A stretch of DNA of 64,000 nt from Vitrella brassicaformis CCMP3155 (Eukaryota > Protista > Chromerida). How positions within the stretch are numbered: position 1 is the first letter of the stretch; each line of letters opens with the position of its first letter. The position numbers were made by a program, and so were the translations under genes. The DNA is taken from NCBI GenBank assembly GCA_001179505.1, contig CDMY01000459.1, positions 8,222 to 72,221 of the forward strand, written 5' to 3'. Below, one piece after another: positions 1 through 12,293 of the stretch. The notes under the pieces were generated by a model that saw nothing but the letters and a program-made list of their open reading frames with translations, ran no database searches and was not told the DNA's origin.

Positions 1-607
1 ATCTGCTGACTGATGAAGAGAGCGAGGTTCTGCCCCGGCCAGAGCGGCTCCGAGCGTCCTTTCGGCTGCGTTTCTGTCCGCCGCATTACGGTGCCCGGCG
101 AATGGCTGAGCAGGCGCAACAGACCCCGCGAGTACGATTGGGGTGTCATGTTGTTTGCTGTCCCCATCGGAGCACAGACTGGCTATGTGCCGATCGGAAG
201 CGCCTGCAAGCGGCGGCTCTTCACGCCCAAGATCACCGTATGGATGCTCTCCTACCCGGGGTTCGACGACCGCTCAGACCGCCGACGGGTCTTCTTCGAG
301 AAGCGAGGTGGGCAGGCAGGCAGGCAGGCACACACATGCTCATGAATGCGTGCCTTTCTCAATTGACTGTGTGCTCGAACCAACAGATGACTTCAACTTC
401 CGGTGCAGGCAGAAGGTGAATCACAAATTTGACACGAATGGCGGAGCAAGCGGCGCCGGCATGACCGAGTTCCGCAACGGCTACTGGTGGCTGCGGGCAG
501 TACACAACTCTGCGCCCCGTGGCCGATGCCGATCCAACACTGCTGCCAAGATGACCGGCAGAAATTCGAACCAGGCCAGAGAAATTATCGCAGAGCAGTC
601 GTCGTGA
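1..607 (+). CDS. Trypsin-fold (V8/glutamyl-endopeptidase-like) serine protease, 3' part only (5' end outside window)
   Basis: Exon ...EYDWGVMLFAVPIGAQTGY...LSYPGFDD...EKR joins through GT-AG intron 308-386 in frame to DDFNFRCRQKVNHKFDTNGGASGAGM (G-x-S-G nucleophile motif; DWG before it as the likely catalytic Asp); stop at 605-607. Confidence 0.75.
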
Positions 608-1833
608 ATATGGGCGGGCGGGCGGGGAGACGGGCAGCCAATGTGCATGTGAGAGGGGCGATGTACAGATGTCCAGACAGAGGCCAACTTTTTGCTTGCC
701 TGCTTTTGTCTCGCATATATACTGACCCCACATGCGTTGACATCTGTACTTGCCCTCTCTGTCAGCGAGAGAGGAGACCCCTTGTGTGAGGCTGGCTGCT
801 GTGCTGTGCTGTCCTGTGTGTGCTGCGGCTGACGGGCTGACTGACTGACTGGCTGACTGGTTGCCTACTTGCAGCACACACGTGTATGTCTGTCTGAGGA
901 GCGAAAGGGGAACGGACGATTGTCATCGCACGTACATACTTGGGTCAGCGGGGGGCTCTCTGTCTGCCAGAGAGACACCTCCTTATGTCTGGCTGGCTGT
1001 CAATTTTGGTGGTTACTGCTTTGTTGAGATTGGCGAACGATGGTCGGCGCACCTGTGCTCTAATCTGATGTTGCCTACATGGATGGAGGCGCTGCACGTT
1101 CCCGCTCATGCATGCCTCCCTGTGTGGTGCGATGTAATGCACGGAAAAATTTTTCCTTCGCCTCCGCGGCATATGTCATTCATTCATGCGCACACCCTGA
1201 TGGACTGACTGGGTGGTGGTTTGGCTGGCTTTATGGATGGAAAGATAGATGAATAGACACATCCATGCATCATATGGCCGCTTGTCTGTTTAGCCCATTT
1301 GTCGCAGTCTCGTATCTATCGGAGACTTGACATGTTCGTAGGTTTGTGGAGTCACATAGGTGGTTAGATTGCCACCCTTTGTCGCCACCCTGTCTATCCC
1401 CCACTTTGTCGCATATGTCTTCTTTCTGTCAATTGCTTGCGTCGTCTCTCTCGACACCGGAGATCTGACACCTTATGTGTGCATTCTCTCGTACTGTATA
1501 TAGAAACACAGCAGTGTACTGTTTGTCTATATTTGTGTGCGTGAGGATCGGATCATACGAGGCGAACGAACGCGCGTCTCCGCATCGGAAATTGCCATAT
1601 AGACACTGTATCATGCACTGCATGCAGTTGAAGCACCCCTTCCGTCGGAATCCTTAGTCGCAGCCGAAAGAAAGCACACCCTTCCCACGGTGACACCCCA
1701 TCGGTTGGTTGGTTGGCTGGTTATTGTGTTTAACGAGACTCGTGTCTGCCATCGGACCGCTTATGTCACCTCGGGCCGTGCTACTATTGTGCACTAATTC
1801 GGAGCAGATCTGCGTGCTGTTTGCAAATCATCG

Positions 1834-4061
1834 ATGTTCCGCTCTTGGTCTGTCGCGCGCACTCGTCATGGGATGGGAGCATCAGTAAGAGAATGCCGCT
1901 GCTACGTGTGGAGGGCGTCATCTTCACACTCGAAGCGCACTGCCAGGTGGCCACGGCAGGAGAGGCGGGCGTTCGAGAAGCGCACTGCCAGGTGGATGCG
2001 CTGCGGCGTCATGGGCGCTTTGCCCATCTTCATGACGACAGCTGCAAGCGAAGAAGGTCCGCAGATCCGCACGCAGACGCAGAGAAGGCATCTCAGGTCG
2101 TTTGTAGTTTGCGCCTGTGTTTGCATCTCTCTGTCTGCTTGTGTGTTTGTGGTTGCAGCATCACCTTCAAGTGAAGACGGTGACGCGTGGAGGAGTGAAG
2201 ATGCTGAGGCTGATCAGGGCGAGGACACTCACGATGACTCAGATGCGTCAGAGGTCGGTGACGATGAGGATGCCGATGCCCTCACAGCCAACGACGAGAC
2301 GGCCACGCCGCCCGAGAAGGCGGCGCCTCCCCACCAAGCCGATAAGGCTCCCCCGCCCGCAGACGCTGCACCACCGACCAAGCCAGCAGAGGGGGACAAG
2401 GACACAACTCTCTCTGAGCTGGAGACCGACAAGCTTCGATCAGCAGACGAGGCGCCAGCCGCCCCTCCTGCCGATGATGTGGCGGTGCCTCCCCCTCCCC
2501 CGTCTGAGCCATCTGTGATCACCGGCGGGGCCATCCAGAGCTACTCGGAGCTGTACCTGCCGACGGTGATGATCCACGCGCCGTCCAGCCGTCCGTATGT
2601 GCAGGGGTCTGGGGTGATCGTGTACTCGGGGGAGGCGCCCAAGCCGGCGGCGACGGGCAAGAAGGGCAAGGGTTCTGGTGGTGGTGGTGGTGGTGACGCC
2701 GAGGCTGCACACGGGGATGAGGAGGCCAGATATGCCACCTACATACTCACGAACCATCATGTTATCAAGGTAGGTGGGTGGGTGGGCAGGGAGAGGCATG
2801 GAATGGAATGTGGCACGAAGCGGCGGAAAGAATGTTCTTGTTCGGTTTGTCAGGACTGCATCCACTACGAGCATGAGTGGGACCCGATCAAGAGAGGTGG
2901 GTCGCTGCACTGCACTTACTGACAGACAGGCAGACAGGCGGCGGGCTGTAGATACCTCTGTGTGTTTTCAGCCGACAGGAAGGTTGAGAAGAAGGTGTCA
3001 GTGGAGGTCATCATCCCGCAGCACCTGTCGACCTACAAGATCATCGGCAAGATGACCATCACCGCCGACATCGTCGCATACTGGCCCGGATCGGAAAAGA
3101 AACAGTACTCGAGGTGATGAGTGAGCATGGAAACGCAGACAGGGGTGCACCCCTGTATGTGGCGCTTTACATCCCTGCCGGTGTGTGTGCGTGTGTGTGC
3201 CTGAAGGGACCTAGCCTTGTTGCGGCTGCGTGACACGGACCACCAGTACATAGCGGCCTATCTGCTGCCCAAAGACGCACCCGACAAGCCAGCAGTAAGC
3301 ACCGACCCATCCATCCACCCGTCTGTTGTTGATGCTTTTTGTCCTTTTGCCCCTGTGTCACTCACTGACTCACTCAGCCGTTGGACCAGGTGCAGGCGGT
3401 CGGCTTCCCCGGCGGTGTGGGGCCGATATTGACAGAGGGATACATGTCACGGTACTGGACGGATGAGTACAACTACGACTGGTGGACGTACTCCGCCATG
3501 ACAACACGGGGAAACAGGTGAGTGAGGTGGGCGGGCAGAGAGGCTGCCCCCATAGCTGTCTGTCTGCATATCGGTGTGGGTGGTGCGTCTCAGTGGTGGC
3601 GGAGTGTTTCGTTGGTCGTCTACCCGAGGCCACTGGGAGTTGGTGGCCCTGTCGGCTCTCGTGTATGCCGTGCCCGGCAACCCTTCACACATAGGCCATG
3701 CCATTCCGATCACCAGGTGGGAGAATCGGGCCCATTCCACCCATATATATGTGTGTCTGTGGCTGGCTTGCTGTACTGTATCATGGCATCTTGGTCAATC
3801 AGGGCGTATGATCTGATGCGGATCCACGGCCTGTCATTCATATATGAGAAACCAAGGTACGTCCACCCAGACAGACGTGACCACGGGGGTGGCTCGTGTA
3901 TGGTGCTTATTTCCCCTTTTGCTCACATGGATGCAGTGGCCAGACGTGGGAGCAGGTCTCAGGGTCAGCATGAGAGACGAGGGTCAGACAAGCAGTCAGA
4001 CAAGCAAAGCCGGTGGAGTGGGGTCGGGAGGGAGGGAGAGGTAATTCAGCGGCTTGTCTGA
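1834..4061 (+). CDS. Trypsin-like (S1, HtrA/Trypsin_2-type) serine protease with N-terminal hydrophobic anchor and acidic/Pro-rich linker
   Basis: Spliced triad motifs GSGV..., LTNHHV (His), RDLALL (Asp), VGFP, GN|SGGGVF (Ser, split by a phase-2 intron at ~3518-3591). All core introns are GT-AG and frame-consistent. Start codon and last exon uncertain (stop ~3973 or 4061). Confidence 0.85.
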
Positions 4062-4471
4062 GTGAGTGGCAGTGGCAGTGCATGCATGTGAGGCAGGGGT
4101 CTGTACGTATACAGCGTTACATACATACATATGTTTACAGCATCCTGTGGCCCTCGACAGGGCCGGTCGACAGGTCACTTGTATGTATAGCAGTCCCTAT
4201 GTGTCTTTGGGTTGGTTGGCATCGCATTTCGTTCTCTGATGCTTGCATGTTCAAGTTGTTGACGAGTGAGGGATGAAGACCATCTGAGTAGTAGACAGAT
4301 TTAAGCATTCAATCGATGCATGCACTCAGGGCCTATCGCAGCTCAACCTCGGCTCCCATTTGGTTAGTGCAGATCTGCAGAGGGGATTGAGGCCCATCGG
4401 CATTTGCCATTCTAAACTTGCAGATCCACACCGATCTCCCCCTCTCCCCACCAATGCTTCCCTCCAGATCT

Positions 4472-7400
4472 ATGACAGGAGGTTGTCAGCTGCTGGCCGC
4501 TGCCCTCCTACTGGCCGTCACGGCAGTCCGTGCACAGGTCAGTGATGTGTGCGAGTTGCTCGAGTCAGGCAGCAAGGAGCTGACCCTCAACAAGACCAAC
4601 GTGCATTGGGGCTTCTTCGACAACACCCTCGAGCCCAAATTGTGCGTCAAGAAAGCGAAAAAGCACGGCATGTGTTGATCTCGTGTGTGTGTGTCTGTGC
4701 GTCAGGTACGTCAAGAGTGGGGATGAGGTGACGATAGAGATGGCCACACACCAGGCGTGTGATGACTGGGACAAAATGATCGGTACGTACAGCACTCTTC
4801 CCGTGGGACACGGCAGCGAGATCTGGCGCTCATGTGGGTGTGCATGCAGGCGATGACGAGGGTCTACGATCTATCTATGACTGGGAGACCGGCATTCCCT
4901 TTGCCGACCGGTTCGCCACGCACATCCTCACCGGGCCCATTGCCGTCTGCGGCGCAGAGCCAGGCGATGTCCTGCAGGTACCGCAACTCAGTCGCCGTCA
5001 TATCGACAAACGTGCTGACGTGGCTGTTGGTAACATGTTGTGTGCAGGTGGAGATCATGGATCTGCAGCCAAGGCCAGGCCCCAACGGCACATCTTATGG
5101 CAGCAACATGGGCGGGTACGAATCACTCACTACCATGAGTGAAAGACTACGGCAAACTGGACAAGCTCAGGGAGATTGCTTGCCGCTCACATTATTCAGA
5201 TTTTGGGGCTACCAGTACCGTGTGTTGAATCGTGAAGGAGAAGTCTGGAAGGCCGGCGAGAGGACAGGGCACGAAGACGAGCCTGATGAAGAGTTCATCG
5301 CCATTTGGTACACCCATCCACCCACCCTTTCACCCACCCACCGCACACGTGTGAGAGTCTCGTGTATGTATCTTATGTGTTTGTGTGCAGGAGGCTGAGC
5401 GAGGAGAACGGCACTTGGTTCGGGGAGCTGGACTACATGTTCGACTACCCATCAATCATTGACCCGACAGGGCGGGTCTCCACCTTCCGAGTCAAGCCGG
5501 GCAGCTGCGTCGCTCACACATATGAGGGCTTCTCTGCCGTGGTGCGCATGCACTGCACGGACGTACTTTCATGGATGGATGGACTGATGTCCGTGTGTGT
5601 GTGTGTGTGTGCGTCAGCCGCAAGAGATGGGTTTTGACACGGTGGCCCCGATCAACTACACCAAGGACGCACCCCCATTCAGGATCAAACTCAATCCGCA
5701 CATCGGTAGGTTGCCCAGCCACCCAAGACGCCCCACCAACACCAACACATGGCTGCCTGTCTGTCTGTCTGTCTGTCTGCGCACAGGCAACATGGGCCTG
5801 GCGCCTGACTATGAGGGTAAGGTCAACTCAGTGCCGCCGATGGCCTCGGGGGGGAATCTCGATGACAAACGCATCGGTCCCGGCACCACCATGTACTATC
5901 GAGTGGAGGTGCCTGGCGCCCTGCTCTCGCTCGGGGATGCACACGCGGCACAGGTACTCTCATCAACCACATGTGCCAGAGAGAATGAGAGCCGCATGCA
6001 CTTGTGTGGGTGGCTTGGTATGGTGTCTGCCAGGGCGATTCTGAGCTTGACGGGACCGGGGTCGAGACGAGCATGACGGCAAAGCTCAAGATCACGCTGC
6101 TCAAGCAAAGTGAGGGTCGATACTTTTGACGCCATTCGGTCGGTGGTCGCGGTGGACCGTGTGTATGTGTATATGTGCATGTGTATGTGTATGTGTGTGT
6201 AGATGAGCTGCCCTTGTGGCTGGTCAACATGGAGCAGCCGATCGGGGAGACAGCCGACGAGTACATCATCCACTCATTCACGCGCAGGAACTTCCTTACC
6301 GAACTGGAAGACCCCAACACTGACGTCTTCCAGTAAGCAGGGGCACGTGTGTGTAGATATATATGTGTGTCTCTGGTGACCCCTCCTCCCGCCCCGTCTC
6401 TGTCCCTTTCTCTGTGTCGTGTGCAGAGTGTCCAACTTTGACGACGTCATGGCCAACACCCTGCTCACGGTCCGTAATTTTCTGATGGACCGGTACGGTG
6501 TCGCCGAGCACGAGGCGCCCGACATCATCTCGCTCGGTGTGAACTTCGGCGTCACCCAAGTGGTCGACGGCAACTGGGGCGGCCACGCACTGGTCCCCAA
6601 GAGCATCTTCCCGCCGTATGAGGGCTTCAAGGGCTTCACAATCCCCGAGCAGGAGCCCGGCGGTGAGTGAGCCACCACCCACCGACCCACCCACCCACAC
6701 ACACACACCCCGACACATCCGTCGTGAGAACAATCTTCTGTCTGTGTGTTTTCCTTCCCATCAGCCGGCCTTGAGCCAGTGGTGGTTGGCCCTGTTGACG
6801 CCGATACAGCCGAGGAGGGCTGTGCGGTGCCGCGCGGCTACAAGGAGCTGCCTCTCACATTCGACAGTGTGGGTGCCTTCGGGTTCTGGAGCAAGAACAT
6901 CAAGCCCCGTCTGTATGTGCACAGTGGGGACATGGTGCGCTTCGAGACGGCGACCCCCCTCGGCTGCAGCGATTGGGACCACGTGAGCATACGCACACAC
7001 ACCCACGCGCTAGTGGCTGGCTGTGATCAAGCGGATTTCTGTGCGTGCAGATCTCTAAGGGCGACCCGCCGATGGAGGCCATCTTCAAGCGTGACGGTGA
7101 TGGCACCCCGCCCCTGCAGAAGGACGGCCGCATGTTCCCGGAACACCTTGGGCACGTCCTCACTGGGCCCATTTACATCTGCGACGTGGCGCCTGGGGAC
7201 ATCGTCAAGGTGAGAGCGAATCATGACAGATTGACAAACAGACAGACCGCTACACTGCACACCAATGTGTGTGCGTGCGTGTGTGTGTGCGTGTGTGTGT
7301 GTTGTGTGTGTAGGTTGAGTATCTCGACATGAGGCCGCGCGTGAACCCTGCGGGCAGGATGTTCGGACTCTCCGACGGGGTGTTCATCGGCTACCAGTTC

Positions 7401-8982
7401 CGCATCCCCACGCGTGACGGCCGCACCCTGGTCTGGCCGCCAACAGCCGAGCTGAGGTCCGACTCTTGGGGCAGTCTCTGGTCAGCACTGCGCCTATGCA
7501 CAAACACTTTGTGCGACGATCGGGCCACGTGTGTGTCAGGGAGATGAAGCGAGACGAGAGCGGCGGCTACTACGCCGAGCCCGAGCACTTTTATCAGTAC
7601 GAGGTGGTCACGTCGCCCACCAACCAGACTTTGTATGATTTCGAGTGGTGGTGCACTCCACACAACTACCCCAACAGCAGCGGAGACGTCCAGTCGTGGT
7701 CAGCAAAGGCGAAGCATACACACGAGGAGGGAAACTTCTCTGTTTATGTGCGTGTCTGTGTGTGTGAAATGCCGATGTGTGTGCAGGGGCTGGTCCTCGA
7801 AAGAGCTGGAGTACCTCCCTCCCTCCGTCAAAGTGAGTGCACACCAATCACTGCACCCACACATGAACACGCGACCCGGGGTGTCTGTCTGTCTGTGTTG
7901 CGTCCTCAGGTGCGCATTCCCCTCCTGCCGCACTTCGGTTGCTTCGGCCTGGCCCCCGAGACCTACCCCGAAGGCGACGACAAGATCAACAGCATCGCGC
8001 CCATCGGCCGTGTCGGGGGCAACATGGACGAGAGGCTGTGGACCGTCAACACCACCGTCTACCTGAAGGCAGAGGTGCCGGGGGGCCTCTTCTCGGCTGG
8101 GGATGGCCACGCTGTGCAGGTGGGTCGGTGAGTGAATGAGTGAGGCAACCAGGGAGGGAGGGAGGGAGGCAGGGGTGAGAGATCTCTCGGCCATGTCTGT
8201 ATGTGTGTGTCGGGATGGATGCATCAGGGTGCGTCTGAGTTGGACGGTACTGGCCTGGAGGTGTCCCTTGACGGCACCGCCATCTTCACCGTCATCAAAC
8301 AAGGTACGTACGTCATGTATGTAATCGAAGAGAGAGAGGGAAAGTCTATTAGAGAGAGAGGACACTAAACAGCTGCGTGTGCTGCCCTCTCTGCAGGCAC
8401 CCCTGAGTATGACAAGGCTATGGAGTCCCTCGATGCCCCACTCGGCGAGACCGACACACACTGGATTTCCCTGGGCCTCTCTGTGGAAAACTACCTCGGT
8501 CGGTAATCAAACAGGCAGAGGCACGCACAAATGTCCCCTAAAGTGTGTTAGTCTAATCGGTCGGTTGGCTCATCAGAGCACTTTGCTGCCAACGGCGAGG
8601 GGGCCGACCCTTTTGCTGCGCTGGCTGCCGTGACTGGGTACAAGCCTGACGAGCCCGACGGCGGGCTGGAGGACGGCAGTGGGCCGGAGGGCAGATATGG
8701 CGCAGTCAGGAACACCTACATCAACGCACGCAACTTCGTCATGGTGAGGGACGGAGGGGGAAACAAAGGAGGAGAGACAGTGACACAGGGCTCTCTCTGT
8801 GCGTCTGTCTGTCTGCCTGTGTGTGTCAGGACAAGTACAACCTGAGTGAGAAGGAGGCCCTGGCTGCTCTGACGGTGGCGGGCGACATAGCTCTGACCGA
8901 GGTGGTCGACACAAATATGGCCATGCACTACAAGATCGACAAAGGCATCTTCGACGGCATCGTGCAGCAGAGGCGGCAGTAG
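4472..8982 (+). CDS. Secreted acetamidase/formamidase-family (FmdA_AmdA) protein with two tandem catalytic domains, ~21 exons
   Basis: Signal peptide MTGGCQLLAAALLLAVTAVRA. Domain 1 motifs: HWGFF, HILTGP, GAEPGD, GGNLD, GDAHAAQ|GDSELDG, TQVVDGNWG. Domain 2 motifs: FGFW, HVLTGP, APGD, GGNMD, GDGHAVQ|GASELDG, TEVVDTNM. TAG at 8980-8982. Confidence 0.95.
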
Positions 8983-9581
8983 ATGAACATATGGATGGAC
9001 ATATCTCTGTGCGCTCGTTGAGTCGCGCCGGCTGCGAGCGAACGACTGACTGACTCGTGTGTTGAGTGCTGCATTGCCTGCCTGCCTGCCTGCCTGCCTG
9101 TGAGAGCATGTCTACAGCTGTCTGTGTGTTTGTTGCCTATTTGCCTATCTATTGCTCATGCCGTGTGTGTGTGCGGTTTATGTAAGTATACGTGTACGTG
9201 CGTGGATGGCCATGGTGCACTCATGTGCCTGTCTGCTCGTTTTGACCACGCACTGCCTGCCTGCCTGCACTGGATGGATGGACTGGACGAGGGAGGACAG
9301 ACATCGCAGCTATCGTAGCACACACAGGTCGGTCAGGTGTGTGTCTTTGTACACACACTGACCTGTATGTGTGCCTTGTGCGACGTGATGCATGACGTGA
9401 TGTATCTGACAATGAGTGAATGAATGCCTCCCTCCCTCGCTCCCTTTTTGCACCCCGTGCATGAGCGATGTGTGTCAGCATATATGTGTGTGTGTGGATG
9501 GATGGATAGATGGATGGATGGATGGATAGTGATGAGTGATTGACCTGTTTTGTTTTGTTTATGTCCGGGGTATGTCGAGCC

Positions 9582-11428
9582 ATGAATGCCGAGGCAGACG
9601 GGTCCGGGAGAGGTGAGACAGAGAACAGCCAGGCGCTGAGGCTCGTCATGCGTGCTGCTCTGAGTGAGTAGGGAATCCGTAAAACTGAGTGCCTCCCACC
9701 CAAGCAAGATCTTTCACTCGTAAGCAACAAGCAACCAAGGTTCCTGCGATCGTTCTGTGTCAAGCCCCACCTGGACAACCACAACACCTGACCAATGGGA
9801 TTCCACAGCCAGGCGTTCCGCCAAAGAAACGTGCTGGTCTACGACACCTCGTACGACGGTAACACACGAGAGGGCCTGAACGGACAGCCACCCCCCCGCA
9901 TGTGTGAGCCTTTTCTGTGTGTGGGGGATGGGTGTTCAGGGACTTTCGTGGGGGAAGATGGTCGAGCAAGTGCGTCCAGCTTTTCCATGGGGGATGGGTC
10001 ACGTACCCAGATATTCAGACGGCAATGGCCCAGGGGCCCCCCCATGCCATGAAGCAGCGCTCGTACAACTCCAAAGTCGAGGTTCTCCACTCATTCAAAG
10101 GTGGGAGGGAGGGGATAGATAGACTGAGCACTGGCAGAGTCTGACCCCCTCCCCTCCCACACAAACACACACAACACAAGCACTGCTTCATTTGTCTCTC
10201 CCTCCCCCGCCCTCCCCCTCACTAAACAGGTCAATCGTTCTGCCTGGCCTTCACCAGCGAGCCAAGTAGGCTGCTTCTGAATCACAGTTTCGCCAGAGAG
10301 GCAAGGAGGGCCAGTGAGTGTCACACTTATTTCTCTTGGTCTCGCCAGATCTGCCCAAGCTCGTGTTCGCGTTTGGGACGGAAAAGGCGATGAACGAGGC
10401 CCTCATCCGCGAAGTGGACTATCAACAGGGACTCATGGAGATGATGAACCCTCGCGGCTATGACCGCAGCACTGACACGTAAGGCAGAACCTCTCCCTCC
10501 CCCTCCCCACTGCCGTCACTCACACACACTCCTTGGATCTGCATGTGGGTCTCTTTCTGTGATGGATGGATGGATGGATAGGTACAACAACTCCTTGGCT
10601 TCGGGTTTGACCTCGCCCCGCTCCAATAAGACGACGCTCGTGATGCGCCCTGTCGAGCCCAGCCTCGACAAGAGCCCCAGCGGTGCGGCGGCAACGGCGG
10701 CTGCAGCGGGCAGTGTTGCCGACGACGTCAAGCAAGAGAAGGAGGAGAAGCCGGTCGGCGAGTCCAAGGACACGCAGACGGAGGCCGTCAAGACTGGGCC
10801 CACCGTCAAGGAAGCCACATAGGAGATGATCAAGGGAGACGATGAGAAGCAATACGTCAAGAAGGCCGACATCGACAGTGAGTGACACGCAGGAGAAACG
10901 GCACAAAGACAATCTGATCACATCACTTGTCTTCTCGCTTGCCCCTTCTCCTTTTTTCCTTCAGATCTGAAGAAGCTGAGTGGTGAGTTGACGAAGTGCA
11001 TCGCGGCCATCGTGAAGACACCGGCCGTCACGGCAACCCCGACACTGCCCAAGTCGATCTGGACGGACATCACCAACAAACCCACCACCACCACAACAGC
11101 CACCACTTCCACCACCGCCACCAAGGGCGCTCGTCGACCGCCACTGCTCCTGCTGCTGCTGCCGCCGCCCGGGCCCAAGAGGGACCTGCCCCTGCTGCCG
11201 CTTCGGCGACGAGCACCACCACCACCACCACCGGCCGCCAGGTTCGATTTCCTTATCAAGTGCCTTATCAAGTGGAATCTGTGGGGTGAAGCGCGGCCCC
11301 AGCCAGTCGGAGGGGGGGCTGGGGATGTGTCTGTTGGGATCGGGCCACAAGTGAGTCAATCAAGAGTGGCCGGCACGAACGAATCTTTTTCTGTCTGGCT
11401 GCCTGCCTGCCTGTATGGTCCTGTGTGA
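9582..11428 (+). CDS. Hypothetical protein with a divergent PH-like domain; in-frame TAG at 10820-10822
   Basis: Frame-consistent GT-AG splicing gives KRAGLRHLVRRDFRGGRWSSKCVQLFHGGWVTY...QSFCLAF...LVFAFGTEKAMNEALIREV, which resembles a PH strand/helix pattern. A coding-like frame continues past the TAG. Confidence 0.55.
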
Positions 11429-12293
11429 TTGATACTGATCGATGTGATGGCTGAATGTGTGTGGTTGGCTGGCGTGCCATGCTGTGCTTTGCTGGGCGGT
11501 GGGAGAGTGTGGTGATGGCATTGTCAGTTGGTGTGTAAAGGCGCTATAGCTACCATAGCGATAGGGAGTACGGTACAGAAGCAGTCAGTACAGTGCAGCA
11601 CTTTTGCCCGACCCATCAACGGTTCAGCCAACGAATCAGTCAGTCAGTCAGTCGGCAGTTTTTGAGTGGGTGAGGGAGTGAGAGCCTTTGAGGCAAGCCA
11701 TCGGTTGCGTGCTGAGGGCCTCTCACTTCACCTGTGTGGATGGATGGATGGATGGATTCGACAGGTACCTTCTTGAACGTGCGTGAGTATGGATGTTATC
11801 TGCTGTTCTCCAGGGCCTGTGTGTTTTTTGGTTCATCGTCTGGCTGTCCACCGGCCTGTCTGTCTGCCTGCCTGCCTGGCTGCTTGCCTGGCTGCCTGTC
11901 TGTCTGCCGCTAGTCAGAGTTGCTCTCTCCTGTGCGCACATCCGTCCGTCGGCCGCAAGGAAGGAAGAAAGAAGAAAAGAGCACAACGGACGGCAGCTCA
12001 GAACAGAACAAAACAGAACACACACAGAGTCAGAATGAGGCAGAGTGACAACGATCGTCGGACGAGTGAGTGAACAACCAGACTCAGACTCGATCTCGAT
12101 CTCTCTCTCTCTCGAGAGGACTTTTTCGTTATGGCAATCGATGGCCATGCCCATAAGTAAGGTCATCAATCATCACATTACACACGCCACACACACACAT
12201 ACACGGCGTCTGACGCATCGATCCGGCAGCAGTTCTTACACAAAAATAATCGGGGAGGGTCCGTCCGTCCTTTCTGCCTTGGCTGATCAATAG

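Noticed and set aside
2097-2159. GT-AG candidate intron within the protease N-terminus
   Set aside because: Splicing it breaks the frame; the unspliced hydrophobic stretch after RRHLR fits a membrane anchor.
11700-12290. Possible minus-strand exon (PGEQQITSILTHVQE) and ORF 11723-12169
   Set aside because: One plausible exon with no start, partner exons or recognisable motif.
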